Of a DNA stretch of 64,000 nucleotides, positions 1 to 12,990 are shown piece after piece (positions within the stretch are counted from its first letter, which is position 1; every line of letters starts with the position of its first letter). The stretch lies in the NCBI GenBank assembly GCA_013239625.1, contig MU054187.1:6769757-6833756 (forward strand), read 5' to 3'. The position numbers and the translations under genes were made by a program. Origin of the DNA: Lama guanicoe. Lineage: Eukaryota. The notes under the pieces were generated by a model. It searched no databases, was not told where the DNA came from, and saw only the letters and a list, made by a program, of their open reading frames with translations.

Positions 1-1039
1 TATGTTTTAATAAAGTACTTCAGTCCTACAAATTTAGTACACTAATGTTTTATATGTTTCCTTCTACCCAACCATAATTATAGGTTTATATGCTTCTGAG
101 CTCAGAAATCCATTTTCCCTCTAGTATTTGTTAAATGTTGCTGGAGAATGAATTGGAAGGGCATGGGTTTCTGAGATGGGTGGGTCCTCCAAGGGGACCC
201 TGAGCCTCCATTTGAATAAGCAAAGGAAGGGGCTGAGAAGGATGCGGGGCAAGTACTTTGCTGTTACTACCTCTGGGGAGTGGAACGGAGGTAGGAAACA
301 CTACCTACTTGACTTAATTTTTTTAATTGGTGGGTTTACAATTTGTTTTTTACTTGCGTGTGTGTTAATAATGATTTTTAAGCAATCTGCCCCTCTTCCC
401 ACTCCACAGATGGTAACAAGTCTTTCCTTCGCTTTCCCTGCATCACTAGCTATCGCGGGCGCCTGGCTCTTTGAGGCTTCAACCCTGACCTCTCTGTAGG
501 TGCCTCCCAAGCCTGCCTCTTTCGGTTTCTTTCTCCTGAGTCTCCCTATGTTTACACCAGACATTTTGATCCAGGTAACCCACAGTCACCTTGAATACAA
601 TACACCCCTAAGCCCAGCATTCCTTCAGTCAGAACTTGGTTTATCGCCCACATTTATTTATTTATTTATTTGCTAATAGTGTCACCATCCTTTTATTCAC
701 TCGAATTTAAAACATTTTCCAGGTCGTATTAACGCTGGATTGCTCTGGCCAGACTACCCAACGTCAAGTAACATTGGTCCAATTCTGTTCCTTTTCCCAT
801 AAAACCTGTTCTGTGTTTCAGACCCTCACTGCTGTCTGCTTGGCGCAGTTCTCTGCTCTTCTGCCTCCTCACACAGCCCAATCTGCAATCTGTCCTCCGC
901 ACCACAGCCCGGGAGCCACCCTCTCCCGCGGTGTGATCATTTCAACCATCTCCCCTCCTGGTCTCCAGCTCAGAAACTTCTCTTCTTCTCCAGGAGGAGA
1001 GCAACCAGGGCAGAAGGTGCTGAGTTTGGTCTGGGGTAA

Positions 1040-1240
1040 AATATGATGCTTCAGGGAAGAAAACAGGCTCTGAACTCCTACTTTCTGGGTATGAACATTA
1101 GCCGTGTCCCTTCCCATCTGGAGAAATGCAGACGAGTTTCTTAATCCTCCTGTGTTCTAATGTCCTCATTTTAACAACATGATAAAATCATACCTGCCTC
1201 ATAGGATTGTGCTGAGGATTAAATGACATGCTGTAAACAG
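1040..1240 (+). mobile_element. MIR SINE relic
   Basis: MIR core-like text: ...cctcattttaacaacatgataaaatcatacctgcctcataggattgtgctgaggattaaatga. Confidence 0.65.
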
Positions 1241-3425
1241 AAAGTCGCGGTTTCCGGCAGGTTTTAGCTGTTAAGAGTAATTTCCTTCGTGCACACTGGC
1301 TTCTTCCAAGCTGATTTTATTTCTTGAAGGCTGTACCTTCCATACTTTTCCATCTTTGTTGCTTTGCTTTTTCTGGCTTTTCTTTCCCTCATTCCTACGT
1401 ATCTTTGCACATCCAAGTCATACTTCTCAGGGTCCACCTCAACTGCCACTTCTTCCAGGAAGCCCTCTGGATTGCCCTCTGGTCCCGTGATCTGTCTCCT
1501 CAGCTCCTACCACCCTTCATTTATAGAAGGTTGTCCCTTTTAGAACAAACCATTTTCAACCTTGTGTTCTGATTTCTTCTACATAGGCCTCGCCCTGGCA
1601 ATAATGGTTCCTATCTCTATGACTTTTATTCATATACTAGCCCAATTCTTGAGAGAATTCTGAGGTTACACTGTAAATATTATAGGTAGCTGCTGCTTTT
1701 AATTTTTATGCATTTGGATTTGGAGTTGGGAATACAGTTGATTTCTTTGTGTTTAATAAATCACACTTGCATCCATAGAGACATGGGTTTATTTGTAGTT
1801 TATTTGTTCAGTAGTAATTAATTATATCAACAAATCTATTGCATTGTCTCCTTCCTGCTCCTTGGGGAAAATTATTCAGCGGTAAACAAGAATACTTGAA
1901 ATCAATACTGCTTTCTAGTTCTAAAAGAAAATGTACGTTTTTAAAACTGAGTAAGAATAGGTCTCTTTTTTTACACACACACACACAGGGCATTCTTCTT
2001 GATAATTCTTAACACTTAATTCCGTTTTGATTTCCTGCCTTTGTAGCATTTCAACATGTTCTACATGTGGAATATGGCTTTGTTAAAAAGGCTTCATTTC
2101 TACCAACTAACATGTTCCAGAATTTTTTTTTTATTATTACAAAACAAGCTGGAATAAACCCAGAGCATTTACCAAGAAACACTCCTTGGTCATCTTTTTC
2201 CCTGAGGAGGGTAGACATGGATTACAGCACTAAAAACAGGAAATACTTTGAAAATTGCTGAAAATCAGTGTGGGAAAATAATCACAGAAAATATTATTCT
2301 TTTAAAAATGTTTCTGAAGAGCATGCTTTAGGGAAAAAAATGATAAAAATATTATTCTTCCTTTGGAAGGATAAACTTACCCTAATAAATGCAAAGTGTT
2401 TTTTTTTTCCTTGTGGTAAAAGGAAAGATCAGTTATAAACTGATACACCTGGTGGTTAAAGACAGGGTTTCCTATGAGACCTGTGCCACAGTAAGTATTA
2501 TAATGCATGGACGCCTGATGTTGCCACTGCTCACGCCTGCGAACGCTTCTCTCCTCCTGCATCTGGGAAACTCTAGCCTGTGCTTGCCCGAGCAGCAAAT
2601 ATTTCTCTTGCTCCTTTCGCATTTTTCCAAGCAACTGCTCTCCCATCTAGATGCAAGAACAAGTTCCCTTTTTCCCAAAATCAGAATTTGCAATGTTCAA
2701 AGATTTGTATAACAAGGTTCTGCAGAGTTTGAGAAAAGCCGGGACTAGTTTCTTGGAGAATCATCATAAACAGCATTTTTCTAATCTCCAGCCTTCACCT
2801 AATAGCTTCGCCGATTCAGACAGATCCATTTAGCGGTTCTGGGCTGCACCTGCGGTCTGTGCCGTGTGTCTGGTGGGTCACAATGTAGCTTACTGTGTCC
2901 TCCTCTCCTTCCTGCCAACAGTAATGTTGTCTATCATATGTTTGACGCTAGGCATATATTTAAAACAAGAGGAAATGCATACAAACAGGTATATGGCCAT
3001 TACAATGAGCTTACGTTGAGATCATGTCTGGCCATCTCCAGAACTAGTGAACCCCCTCCTACGGAATATAGTAAACATTTAAAGCTCTTTGGAAAGATGT
3101 GAGAATGACTTGAATAGACTGCCCCTCAAGGCAAATGAGTTTTCAGTTTCAAGTCCGTGCGGCACCTCTGATGGACATATGATTATCCTGACCCTGCAGA
3201 TTGCTGTACTAACCATTCTACTAGAAGTGTGTCACTCAAGTGCTTTAGTTTTAATAAGCATATATATTTGTGGAGAAACAGTAACTAGTAGGAAGAAAAC
3301 CTATTAAGATAAGGCTTCTAAATTTTCTTGTAAAATCTACTCAATGCTCAGCAGAGGTCAGTAATGAAGCATGGCAGAAAAAGAGAAAGAAATTAAAACA
3401 TAAATATGAAGAATTTGGGAACATA

Positions 3426-3599
3426 TTAAAGTTTTTACCTAAGATTCTTGCAATTAAGCTAAAGATAGATCTTGGTTTAAAATTATTCTCAAAATCTTGG
3501 TGTATATATATTTAAAGTTTTTACCTAAGATTCTTGCAATTAAGCTAAAGATAGATCTTGGTTTAAAATTATTCTCAAAATCTTGGTGTATATATATTT
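3426..3599. repeat. Perfect 86-bp tandem duplication (2 copies)
   Basis: ttaaagtttttacctaagattcttgcaattaagctaaagatagatcttggtttaaaattattctcaaaatcttggtgtatatatat occurs at 3426-3511 and again at 3512-3597, identical by eye. Confidence 0.95.
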
Positions 3600-3619
3600 G
3601 GAATATTGTACGTACCTTT

Positions 3620-3910
3620 GTTTTGTTTTATTTTTGTTTTTTGGGGGGGAGGTCATCTTTATGGAAGCATCATTTACATTCAGTAAAATGCACCCCCTTT
3701 AAGGGAATGATTCGGTGGTTTTGACGAATGCATATACCCATGAAATTACCATGCAGTCAAGATACAGAACATTTTCATCACCCCTAGAAGTTCACCTGGG
3801 CCCCTCCTCATTTATTCCTGACACCCCCCCTCCCCAGCCCAGGCAACCACTGACCTGCTTGCCAGCACTACTGACCAGATTCCTTCTTTCTAGGGTTCAT
3901 GTAGATGCGA
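3620..3910 (-). mobile_element. Old L1 (L1MB/MC-like) 3' end fragment
   Basis: tttacattcagtaaaatgcaccccctttaag...gatacagaacattttcatcacccctagaagtt...aggcaaccactgacctgctt, typical antisense L1M 3'UTR. Confidence 0.7.
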
Positions 3911-6399
3911 TTGTATTTTACCTTCAATTTTATATCTTAAGTAAGATTATAAATGTGATAGGAACCCCATCCATTAAATTATGGCAAAAATCCTACATGA
4001 AAGGCATGATGAGTTTTTGATAGGAATGATTTCCTCTGAATTCTAACTTTAGGATTCTATTAAAAATTTTTTAAACTAAATATTCTATCTTGCTAAAATA
4101 GTTCTCTAACCCGAAAGCAGTATTTTTCTTTTCCATAAGTAAAATGATTTTGTAAAAGTTCCATTAATATTTTAATAGGTTTGATGTTTTCCTTCTCATT
4201 TTCTGTTTCTGATGAAGAAATCACATGGTTACTTTAGCATCCAAGTTGGTGCTTATTTTTGAAGCGAACAGTCATGGCTGTTTACAGAGCAGGTGTGGAT
4301 TAGAGATAAACAGAGTATTTTGGAAGGATTCCCAGCTACAGTACATGAAAAACATTTTTAAACAAGCCCTGACATCTCTTAAGAGATGTTGCTTAAAAGT
4401 GAAGAAACATATCCTAGCAACGGGTCAGGTACATGATTACATGGCCTGTCCTCGAAGTGAGCGACTTTGATGAAGAGGTAGGATTTAAAAATTTGTGTGT
4501 CTCAACCTACGCACATATTTCCTCTCTACATATTCCAGCTTTAATAAATCTGGAATATTGGCTGTTACCTGTTTCAGGAGTGTTTAGACAATTGAATCTT
4601 GAGAAGGAACGACAATGTGTGTCTCACATTGGATGTAACTGTAGACTCATTCTAAATTTCTTTCTCAGCAAAGTTGTGTATCTTTTACCTCCAATCGCTT
4701 TGGCTCACCTTAATAAATGATTACAGAAAAAATATAAAAAGTGTGCATCTGAACTATTAGATCTTGCATTGTTTTGTCACCATTTGCCAAAGACTGTCAT
4801 TCAGGGTACAGGATGGAGGGTCAGTGGCCTCCCTAAGCTCAGAACTATGAGTGACAACACAGTTCTAAAAAGTAATCAGCAAACGTGTCTGATTAACAGA
4901 CCCCAGAGAAGAGTGTTTTCATGTGCTCATCAGAAGAACCCAGCTGAATCCTCTGGCCCCTCACTGCATATCAAAGCCTCCTTCAGTTAAACGACAGTTC
5001 TCAAAGCTAATCTGAAAATTCCAGCTTCCAAGAAAATGACCATTCCCAACATGAAATGTCAGAAATGCTGACACTGAGAAAAACAATGAAAACAGAAACG
5101 AAGGTTGAAATAGACCACTGACACCCTGGATGACAGAAACGTCCAGTAAAATGTAGGCAGTAGAAGGTGGCAGTCTGTGGGTAAGGCTCAACAGAAAAAG
5201 ACCAGTGCTCAGTTCAGAGCATACGTCCTGATCGCAGTTTGCAAGTGAACACTCAGGAGGGAGCCCACTGCCCGGAGAGAGGGCTGGTGACCTGGGAAGG
5301 GCAGAAGGGTGATTTCCACGGCCACCGGTCACAACGGGCTGCCCCCAGCACAGCGGCTGAATCCAGGTGCACTGATTGTGACCCGGAAAGATTCGGGTAG
5401 AAACACAGCCCTAAGTGGCAGCAACAGCCATGAGGCAGTTAGTGGTCACACTAACTCCAGAACTCTGGAAATCTGGAAGGGTTTTGTTGTCATTTTTAGC
5501 CAGGACCCCAACCAGACAATGAATGTTCCCACTAACAGTAGCTTGAAATGACTATTATTTTCAAAGTATTTAGAAAATTAGCAAGGAGAATGTCACCACG
5601 GAAGAGGACTCTAGACTCAGGTCAAAGGGCACCCACTACAGACCAAGTAAACAGACAAGGCTACTCCTGGGATAATAAATAACAATGAAATCAATCAGTA
5701 AAGAGCTCCCTGAAGGTTACTGTTGAGCATTTGCAGGTATAAAGGCCAAAACTTACTACAAACAGCAGTAAAGGTACGTGGAGAGAGGGTATAGCTTTGT
5801 GTCCAAGATAGTGTTTCATAATTATTTTTTCATTACATAAGTTATCTTTATCCACAGGTTTTTTTTGTTGTTTTGTTTTGTTTTGTTTTGTTTCCCTTTA
5901 AAATATTCCAAGTGAAAGCACTGGTCTGAAGAACTCTTTTCTTGGAGAAGGGGCATGCAAGTTCCAGGCCTATGGTCCAGGTCACTGAGAAGTGGGTCAG
6001 TCCTCCGTGGGCTGTGCTGCATGGAACCCGGTGGGGAGGTGACCCAAGTAGTAGGTTCAAGGGGAAGAATTTCAAACAAAAATCAAGTGGACCATCCAGC
6101 CAATTAATTCGTTGTAGAGAGTGAGGTGGAGAGGATCCAGGTGTAAAGCAAAGGGACAGAATCCTAAGAAAATGAATGAAAGCAAGTGGATTCTGAGCAG
6201 TGGCTGGCTAGGGGTGCCTGAGGATGCCCTGAGCTGCAGAGACGGGCTGCAGCCTTGTTGTAGAGGACCGTGGACTCCAGGCACTGGTGGTGGTCTCAGG
6301 AGAGGTGCTGACGACCTGGACAGCATGGAGCATTTCAGTGATCTCTTGCTGGCAACTGACCCCAAGAAGGCAACAGTGATCGATTATTTCTCATGACTC

Positions 6400-6740
6400 T
6401 GCTGGTTTGCAGTGTGAGTGGTTCTTTTGATGGTGGATGGCTCTGCAAGGGGCCTCGTACGTCTGGCGGTTGGTGCTGGTTGTTGACTAGGGCAACTTAA
6501 CTCTCCTCCATGTGGCTTCTCATCCTCCGAGAGGCTATACCCCACTTCTGCCGAATGCACTGGCTTCAGGCTTCCAAGGGAGCAAGAACAGTATTTAGAA
6601 AGTCTCTTAAGAACGAGGCTTTGTAATGAATAGGATGTAACTTACCTTGTGCTTTATTGGGCAAAGACACGTACAAAGTCAGTCCAGATTCAAGGAGGGC
6701 AAGAAATAGGTTTTCTCTTTTGATGGAAGGAGTGTGGACA
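6400..6740 (-). mobile_element. MaLR (MLT1-type) LTR relic
   Basis: ctctcctccatgtggcttctcatcctcc...cagtccagattcaaggagg...ctcttttgatggaaggagtg resembles the MLT1 consensus. Confidence 0.6.
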
Positions 6741-9289
6741 TTTAATACACCAAGTTTTTGCTTAATATAACTTACTTCTTTGGGGAATATACATTATGCT
6801 ACACAGATAATCCTGATTCTTTCTTCCTATTTTCTTGATATTCTATTGCCCTTTCAAAACTTGCTTTAATAAGCATTTATGATGTCCCTATTATATTCTA
6901 GCATTGAGCTAGATTTTGGGGATCTGATGGTGTCTAAAGCTAGCCACTGTTTTCAAGGAATTCTCTCTTTCTTACCTATAATATCAGAAGAACAGGCCCT
7001 GGGCGGCATAGGAAAGGGGAGAAAGACGACAGCTCAGAGCATCAGAGAGGGGTGGCAGGAGAGCCAGTGACACAGGAAGGTGGGCTGGAAGGGAAGTAGG
7101 ATTACGTTCTCAGATTTCCCCCAAAACTACCTGTAAAGGAGAATCTCATTCTTCCAGACTTAAACTTAATTTTTCTTTTTCTCAGGAATAATCTGACTTC
7201 GAAGAAAGAAAAAGTCAATGCTGGGAGTTCTTGGTTCTAGAGCGAAGTCGTTTTAATGTCCTGGAATACCTCCTTGAGAAAAATAGTGGCCAGTGAGGTC
7301 CCAGAACAGGGGTCACCCATGCCACCTGCCAAACTCCATGTTAGTGCCGAGCCCTGCACCCAAGTAACTGTGCCCCAAGCCTTTGCAGCTGGAGCAACCT
7401 GATACCTACGTGGAGCGTGGCGGCTCCTGAGCGTGGTGGGGGAGGAGCCTCCTGCACCGGCGTGTCTCATTGGTGCAAATGTGCCATCTGTCACTTGTTT
7501 GGCTCACAGCTACCCTCCAAGTAGGCCAGCATGTGAGGAAGTACAGAAAACAGAGCCGGCTCTGTTCACCTCTTTGTTAAGCAGAGATGGCTGGCACGGT
7601 GCCCCCCACTCCACTCTAAACCACCAGGGCTTCACACAAGCAAAGTCTCAAAGTCTCTCAAATCTCATGCCTTCTGTTGTGTATCGAGGTCTTGAGAAAG
7701 TGGGCTATCAGCCGGCACAGTGGAGATTCAAGTGGGTTTATTGCTTTTTAAAAATAAGGTTAAAACTCTGATTATAATCATTTAAATAACCTTCTGTCTC
7801 CATAACACTCAGCTGTGGAAGGAGCAAAGTTTGGTGGACTTCCTTTGTGAACATTTGCAATATTTTCCTGAGGCCGATGGAGAATAAATAGCTTCATGAC
7901 AGGTGCTCAGATCATGCATTTAACTGAATTATATCAGAAAAGACCCGGTGTATTTCGTGATCCACACGTGCACTCATGTACCCTGCTCTGAGGTCAGGAT
8001 GGTCCTAAATGAATGTTCATCTCCTGCGAAACTGAGTGCATTTTCTGCAGCCTTTCAGAACATCTGCCAGTGCTACCCAAACAAATCCTGGAGTAATTAG
8101 GCGGTTCTAATGTAAATGTTTAATAGAGGCATGGGATTCTCCTCTGATTACTTTGCTGCTGCAGAGAAACAGGACCTAATTTGACATTAAGCCTGTAATT
8201 AGTGAATAGTGCTCTTCTGCTAGGGCAAACTAAATCCCTTGCATTTTGATAATGACTTGTATTCAGAATGGAAATCAAACTAAGCTGAAAAGTCATAACT
8301 CTACCTTAAGGTAGCTCACTAAGTCCATCTCACATAGACTATTTACAAGAAGTGAATCTCAGTCACTATGTGCTGGAGTTGACTTTGCTGGGGGAGCTGC
8401 AATTTAATTTTTTTGGTTTACGCTGCGCCCAAATGGCCCACTCCTTCCAGCTTATAAACTTATTTATATTTGTTGGTTGATTTATTTAAATGACATTATG
8501 GGGAACGTGAGTGTGTGCTACACAATCTAGGTATTTTATTTATTTGAGAGCGATGGTATAAATCATACAGACAGGCACTGATGCTCATCGTCATTTGAGC
8601 GTCTCTGTACAGAACAAAAAGACCCATCATGTTTTATTTTTTAAGTAGAAGAAGCAGGCTGGCCAGATAAGTGTCTCCAAGTCCCTGGTCATTTATTCCT
8701 AAGTGTCACTACAAGGGCTTTTGTGGATGACCAGGGAGGCTCTCTTCTCATGTATCTGGGCTGCAGGCAGAGGGCTGAGCAGGAGCTGCTGTCCCGTCCT
8801 GTCCTGTCCTGCAGTTACTGGTAATGACAGAACTGGAATAGCGCCTTGAGAAGGTGGGCAAGATCTCTGCAGAGAAGAGATGGAGGAACCGAGAGATCAG
8901 GGTGCTGTAGACCACAATGCATTTCAGGGTTTCAGGAGTTGCCCCTTCATCCCTGCTGATGGGGACACAGGGTCTGAGGGAGGAGACCTCTGTTCCACTT
9001 GTAATTCCTATTGATGGAGGAAGAGGCGTGTGTTCTGTCTTGGTCCTTAAGGACAGAAGAGGAACTTCAGGGGAAGCCTGATGTGCTCCACGCGACCAAG
9101 ACTTTCTACCCTCAGTGGTAGGAATAGGGGGCTTCTGTGAGTGAGGCCTCATCCTAGTGCTCTGAGTCATTTAAGACTGGGATACTGAGCTCTACTTAAG
9201 CCAAAATTGCCCAGAATTTGAGTTATTCTTCAAATTCACAGGGACATACAATATTTAAGCTACTAGGAATCTAAGAAAACTTCAAGTTC

Positions 9290-9430
9290 AATCCCTTAGT
9301 TCCCCAAGAGAGAAAACTGAGGCTGAGAAGGATTAAATGCCTCGGCTAAGTTCCTTCTAATGATAGGAAAGGTTATAACTCAGCCATCCTGACTTCTAGC
9401 CCAGGATGTCCAGGTTCCAACTACCACATG
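9290..9430 (-). mobile_element. MIR SINE relic
   Basis: gagaaaactgaggctgagaaggattaaatgcctcggctaag...cctgacttctagccc. Confidence 0.6.
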
Positions 9431-10156
9431 TTGGCTTTTAGAAGTTCATATTTTTAATGTAAAAAATTCCAATCAGTAAGTACACAGACTCTTTATCACC
9501 CAAGGAGTTTTCTTTTAAAACTTGTGTTTTGATAACAGGCATAAAGAGTTGGCTTATATTTCAAGCATTTTTCAGAAAATATGAAAAATCTTTTCATGGA
9601 TGTCATGAGCATGTGTTCAGGAGGATGTTCTTCTAGGACACAAAGGCTGGGGATAGAGTGTGAAGTTGAGGTTTCCATGGAGACTGTGCCTTAAGAAGAT
9701 CTTTTAAATCCTGAGGGTAAAGTAACCCCTGTCTTTCAATATCCCTGGAGGTACGAAACATACCAGGCCGGCTGGCAGGATTCCTGCATTACACAGCTGT
9801 GTCTCTTTATAACTCTCTTTTGAGGAGCTGTTTCCTGGGTGACTTGGGGCTCTATGTCACCTAGTGAGAACCACAGTATATTACTTCCCTTTGGAGACAT
9901 CTGGATAGTTATATTGTTGGAATTCACTATATATTGTATCTTTCATACACAAAAATCCCATCTTTTCATTGTTAGAATACTTTCTTTGAAGATACTGTGG
10001 GGTAAAGACAGATACAACATACCCAAGAATACAAGGATTACAAAACATCAGGTGGAAAATTTTATGTGTGATACATTGTAACTACAGTTGCCCTATGGAC
10101 AATGAGGTTGATGGGGGTGCCTATACAGGGCACAGTCAAAAACCTGCTTATAATTT

Positions 10157-10338
10157 ATAGTCAACCCTCCAAATTCAGTTTTTGTGTACCCGCATTCCCT
10201 CCACATCCTCAGTTCATGATCTTCTCTGACTCAACCAACCGTGGATCATGTGTATTGTAGTATTTACTATTTAAAAAAAATCTCCTTATGAATAGACTCA
10301 CACAGTTCAAATGCACATTGTTCAAGGGTCAACTGTAG
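10157..10338. mobile_element. Tigger2-like (TcMar) non-autonomous DNA transposon
   Basis: Terminal inverted repeats tagtcaaccct... and ...ttgttcaagggtcaactg, flanked by TA; internal cagttcaaa motif of the Tigger2 end. Confidence 0.7.
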
Positions 10339-10339
10339 T

Positions 10340-10930
10340 AGCTTTATTGACAATACACATGTCAGAAGATTCATCCATTTAAAGTATAAAATTCTTGGCT
10401 TTTAGTATATGTAATATTTAGTATAATACTTAGTATATTAAAGAGTTGTGCAATGATCACCACTACTTTATATTAGAACACTTGCATCGTACCCAAAAGA
10501 AACCTCATACACATCAGCATGCCCTCTCCATGTCCTCCTCTTCCCAGCTGATGGCAACTGTGAAACTTTTTTCCCTGTAGATTTTCCTATTCTGAGCATT
10601 TTATACGAATGCAGTTATACAATAGGTGGCCTTTGTGACTGGTTTCTTTCACTTAGCATAATGTTTTCAAAGCACATCCATGTTGTAACAGTACTTCATT
10701 CCTTTTTTATGATTTACTAATATACCATTGCATGGATATACCACATTTGGTTTATCCATTGATAGACATTTGGGTTGCTTCTACTTTTGGCTATTGCGAG
10801 TAGTGCTACTATGAACATTCTTTATAAATTTCTGTTTGAATATCTGTTCTTTAATTCTTTTGGTGAGTATATGCAGAAGCAGAATTGCTAGAACATTCAG
10901 TATTTTTATATAATTTCCTAAAGAACCCTA
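10340..10930 (-). mobile_element. L1MB-like 3' fragment
   Basis: gctttattga...ctggtttctttcacttagcataatgttttcaaag...gacatttgggttgcttctacttttggctattgcgagtagtgctactatgaacatt. Confidence 0.85.
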
Positions 10931-11265
10931 AACTGTGTGTGCTTGGGAGTCCTGAGCTGACACAAAGGAGGTCCAGCTACTTTGAAGCTACCATGCATGA
11001 AGGACCATGTGAAGATACTATAGAGATGGAGATGTTCAAGAAGTCCCAACTCCTCCAGCCCAGCTGTTTGAGTGATTCCAGTCGAAATTTCAGACATGTG
11101 AGGAATGAGCTTTCAGATAATTCCAGCTTTTAGTCTTTGGACCTCTTCACCTGACACTGCTCCTGTCAAGTCACGTCCAAACTGCATATTAATGAAGAAA
11201 ATAAATGTTCTTGTTTTTTAAGCCATTAAAAAGGAGGGAGGTTTTTCATGCAGAAATAGATAACT
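10930..11265 (+). mobile_element. MLT1 (MaLR) LTR
   Basis: gaggtccagctactttgaagctaccatgc...cagacatgtgaggaatgagctttcagataattccagc...aaataaatgttcttgttttttaagcca...gcagaaatagataact. Confidence 0.7.
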
Positions 11266-11269
11266 AGAA

Positions 11270-12560
11270 TAAATGCTATAATCTCTAAACCAGCAGGGCC
11301 TAGAGTCTCTGGGATAGAAGGCAAACATTTTGTGAACGGGTGATTAGATGTACTCATGAATGGTACAACTTCCGCTTCCACCCCTTGGATCCTGGACCTG
11401 GGCGTTCTAGCTGTGGAAGAAAGAATACCATACAACACTTGGTAGTTCAGATAATTCCCTATTTCCTGTAAGAGAGAACAAAATATTTACAGTTATAGCT
11501 TTCACTGTAACTGAGGACTGACTGGGTCATCCCAGTGCTCTATAAAGCCAGCTACTTCTGGATGGTGGGGTTTATGTGAATTCCACAAGCATTAACCCAC
11601 ACCATGTCTTTCACTGTAAAGGGAAGTCCTTAGTCATAAGCAATGCTGTAGGCAGCACTGTAATTTTGCACAAGATGTTTATTTCTTTTGTAGAGGGTGG
11701 TGCTGGCGCTGCTGTGAGAGGCGTGCAGATCAAATCCAAATCCAGAATGAGTGTCTATTCCATCAATTACCAATGACTGCGCCTTTCATGGTGGAAGAGG
11801 TCCAACAAAAAGGATCGGCAAATAGCTGCTTAGTCATCTTGAAGCAAGGGACCTTATCAAAACTCAAAGTTAGTCACTACTTCTGGCAAATTGTATACTT
11901 GGCAGAGGCTCTGGCTGGACAAGCAAGTTGTTGATCCGTTTGGAACTTCCATTCCTGTGCTCTTGGCCCCTTCTCTCACGATTCTGTTGAATAAGTAGGT
12001 AAAAGGGAGTATGCTGAAGAGGAGGCTGCGAGAGAGGATAATTTGTCTGCCTGACTGTGCAGTAGTGACCTTCTGGCAGGCATGCACATGAGGCACACGT
12101 ATTCTCACACTCTCACGCCCTACGCCCCTGTGGGAGGTCAGTCACATATCCCTTCCCCACACCCATCACTCCTCCATTCTTGCTCTTCCCAACTATTCCA
12201 CCATCTGGCCACTGCTCAAGAGTTATTGTGGCTCCTCGATGATTCATCTCTTTTTCTAGAAAAAGTGAACATTGAGATGTACTGCTCAAAGTTCTGCCCC
12301 ATGAAAATGTTTCACTTCTTCATTGTCCTCCATCCGAGTTCACTGACTGGGCTGTGTCATTACACAGTCTATTCCAATCTGTAGAATATGGTGCAGAGCC
12401 AGCCATCCAAAAATCAGGCTCACGTTTTTTCCTTCTTCATGGAATGTTTGTAGGGAATTCCTGCTGCGGATGTAAGAGTGGGTTGAGGTAAGGATGGAAG
12501 TAGGAATTGCATAAGTATGTGAGAGCGAGCTCTTTCTGTGCACTTGACTGATCTATCACT
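11270..12560 (-). mobile_element. ERVL/MaLR internal-region relic
   Basis: ccaccccttggatcctggacc, gggaagtccttagtcataagcaatgctgt and ccagccatccaaaaatcaggc resemble MLT-int/ERVL pol-derived sequence; bracketed by MLT-like LTRs; no long ORF. Confidence 0.55.
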
Positions 12561-12990
12561 TTGGGTGACTCAACCTGATGAAAAAATAACCACAAATTTC
12601 AGGGGTTTAGTGTCATAAAAATTTAGTTGTCAGTCACGTAACAGTCTAGGATGACTGCTTTGGGTTGGTGAGTGGCTTTCCTCCATGCAGAATTTTAACG
12701 GGTCCAGGCTCCTTCCGATCACAGAGCCCACCACCCCACAAAGCTGTGTAGTCCTTTGCTTCCAGCCAGTGAAAAGGGAAAGTGAAGAAAGCATGTTTGC
12801 TTTTTAAAATTCCTTGGCTCAGAAGAGACACACATCATTTTCATTCATATTCCACTGGTGAGAACCAATAGCTTGTTACACCTTGGTGCAAGTGTGGGAG
12901 GAGAAAGCTAGACTGCTGCTTCCCACTGGGAAATGCAAGCTGTGAAAAAGTGGGCTGCATGTTGGTGCCCATCTAGCTGTTTCTGGTACG
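12560..12990 (-). mobile_element. MLT1-type LTR relic
   Basis: gggtccaggctccttccgatc...ggctcagaagagacacacatcattttcattcatattccactggtgagaac. Confidence 0.55.

Noticed and set aside
1264..1449. Lys/Arg-rich 61-aa minus-strand ORF
   Set aside because: Overlaps L2-like and low-complexity pyrimidine sequence, has a non-ATG start and lacks clear splice support
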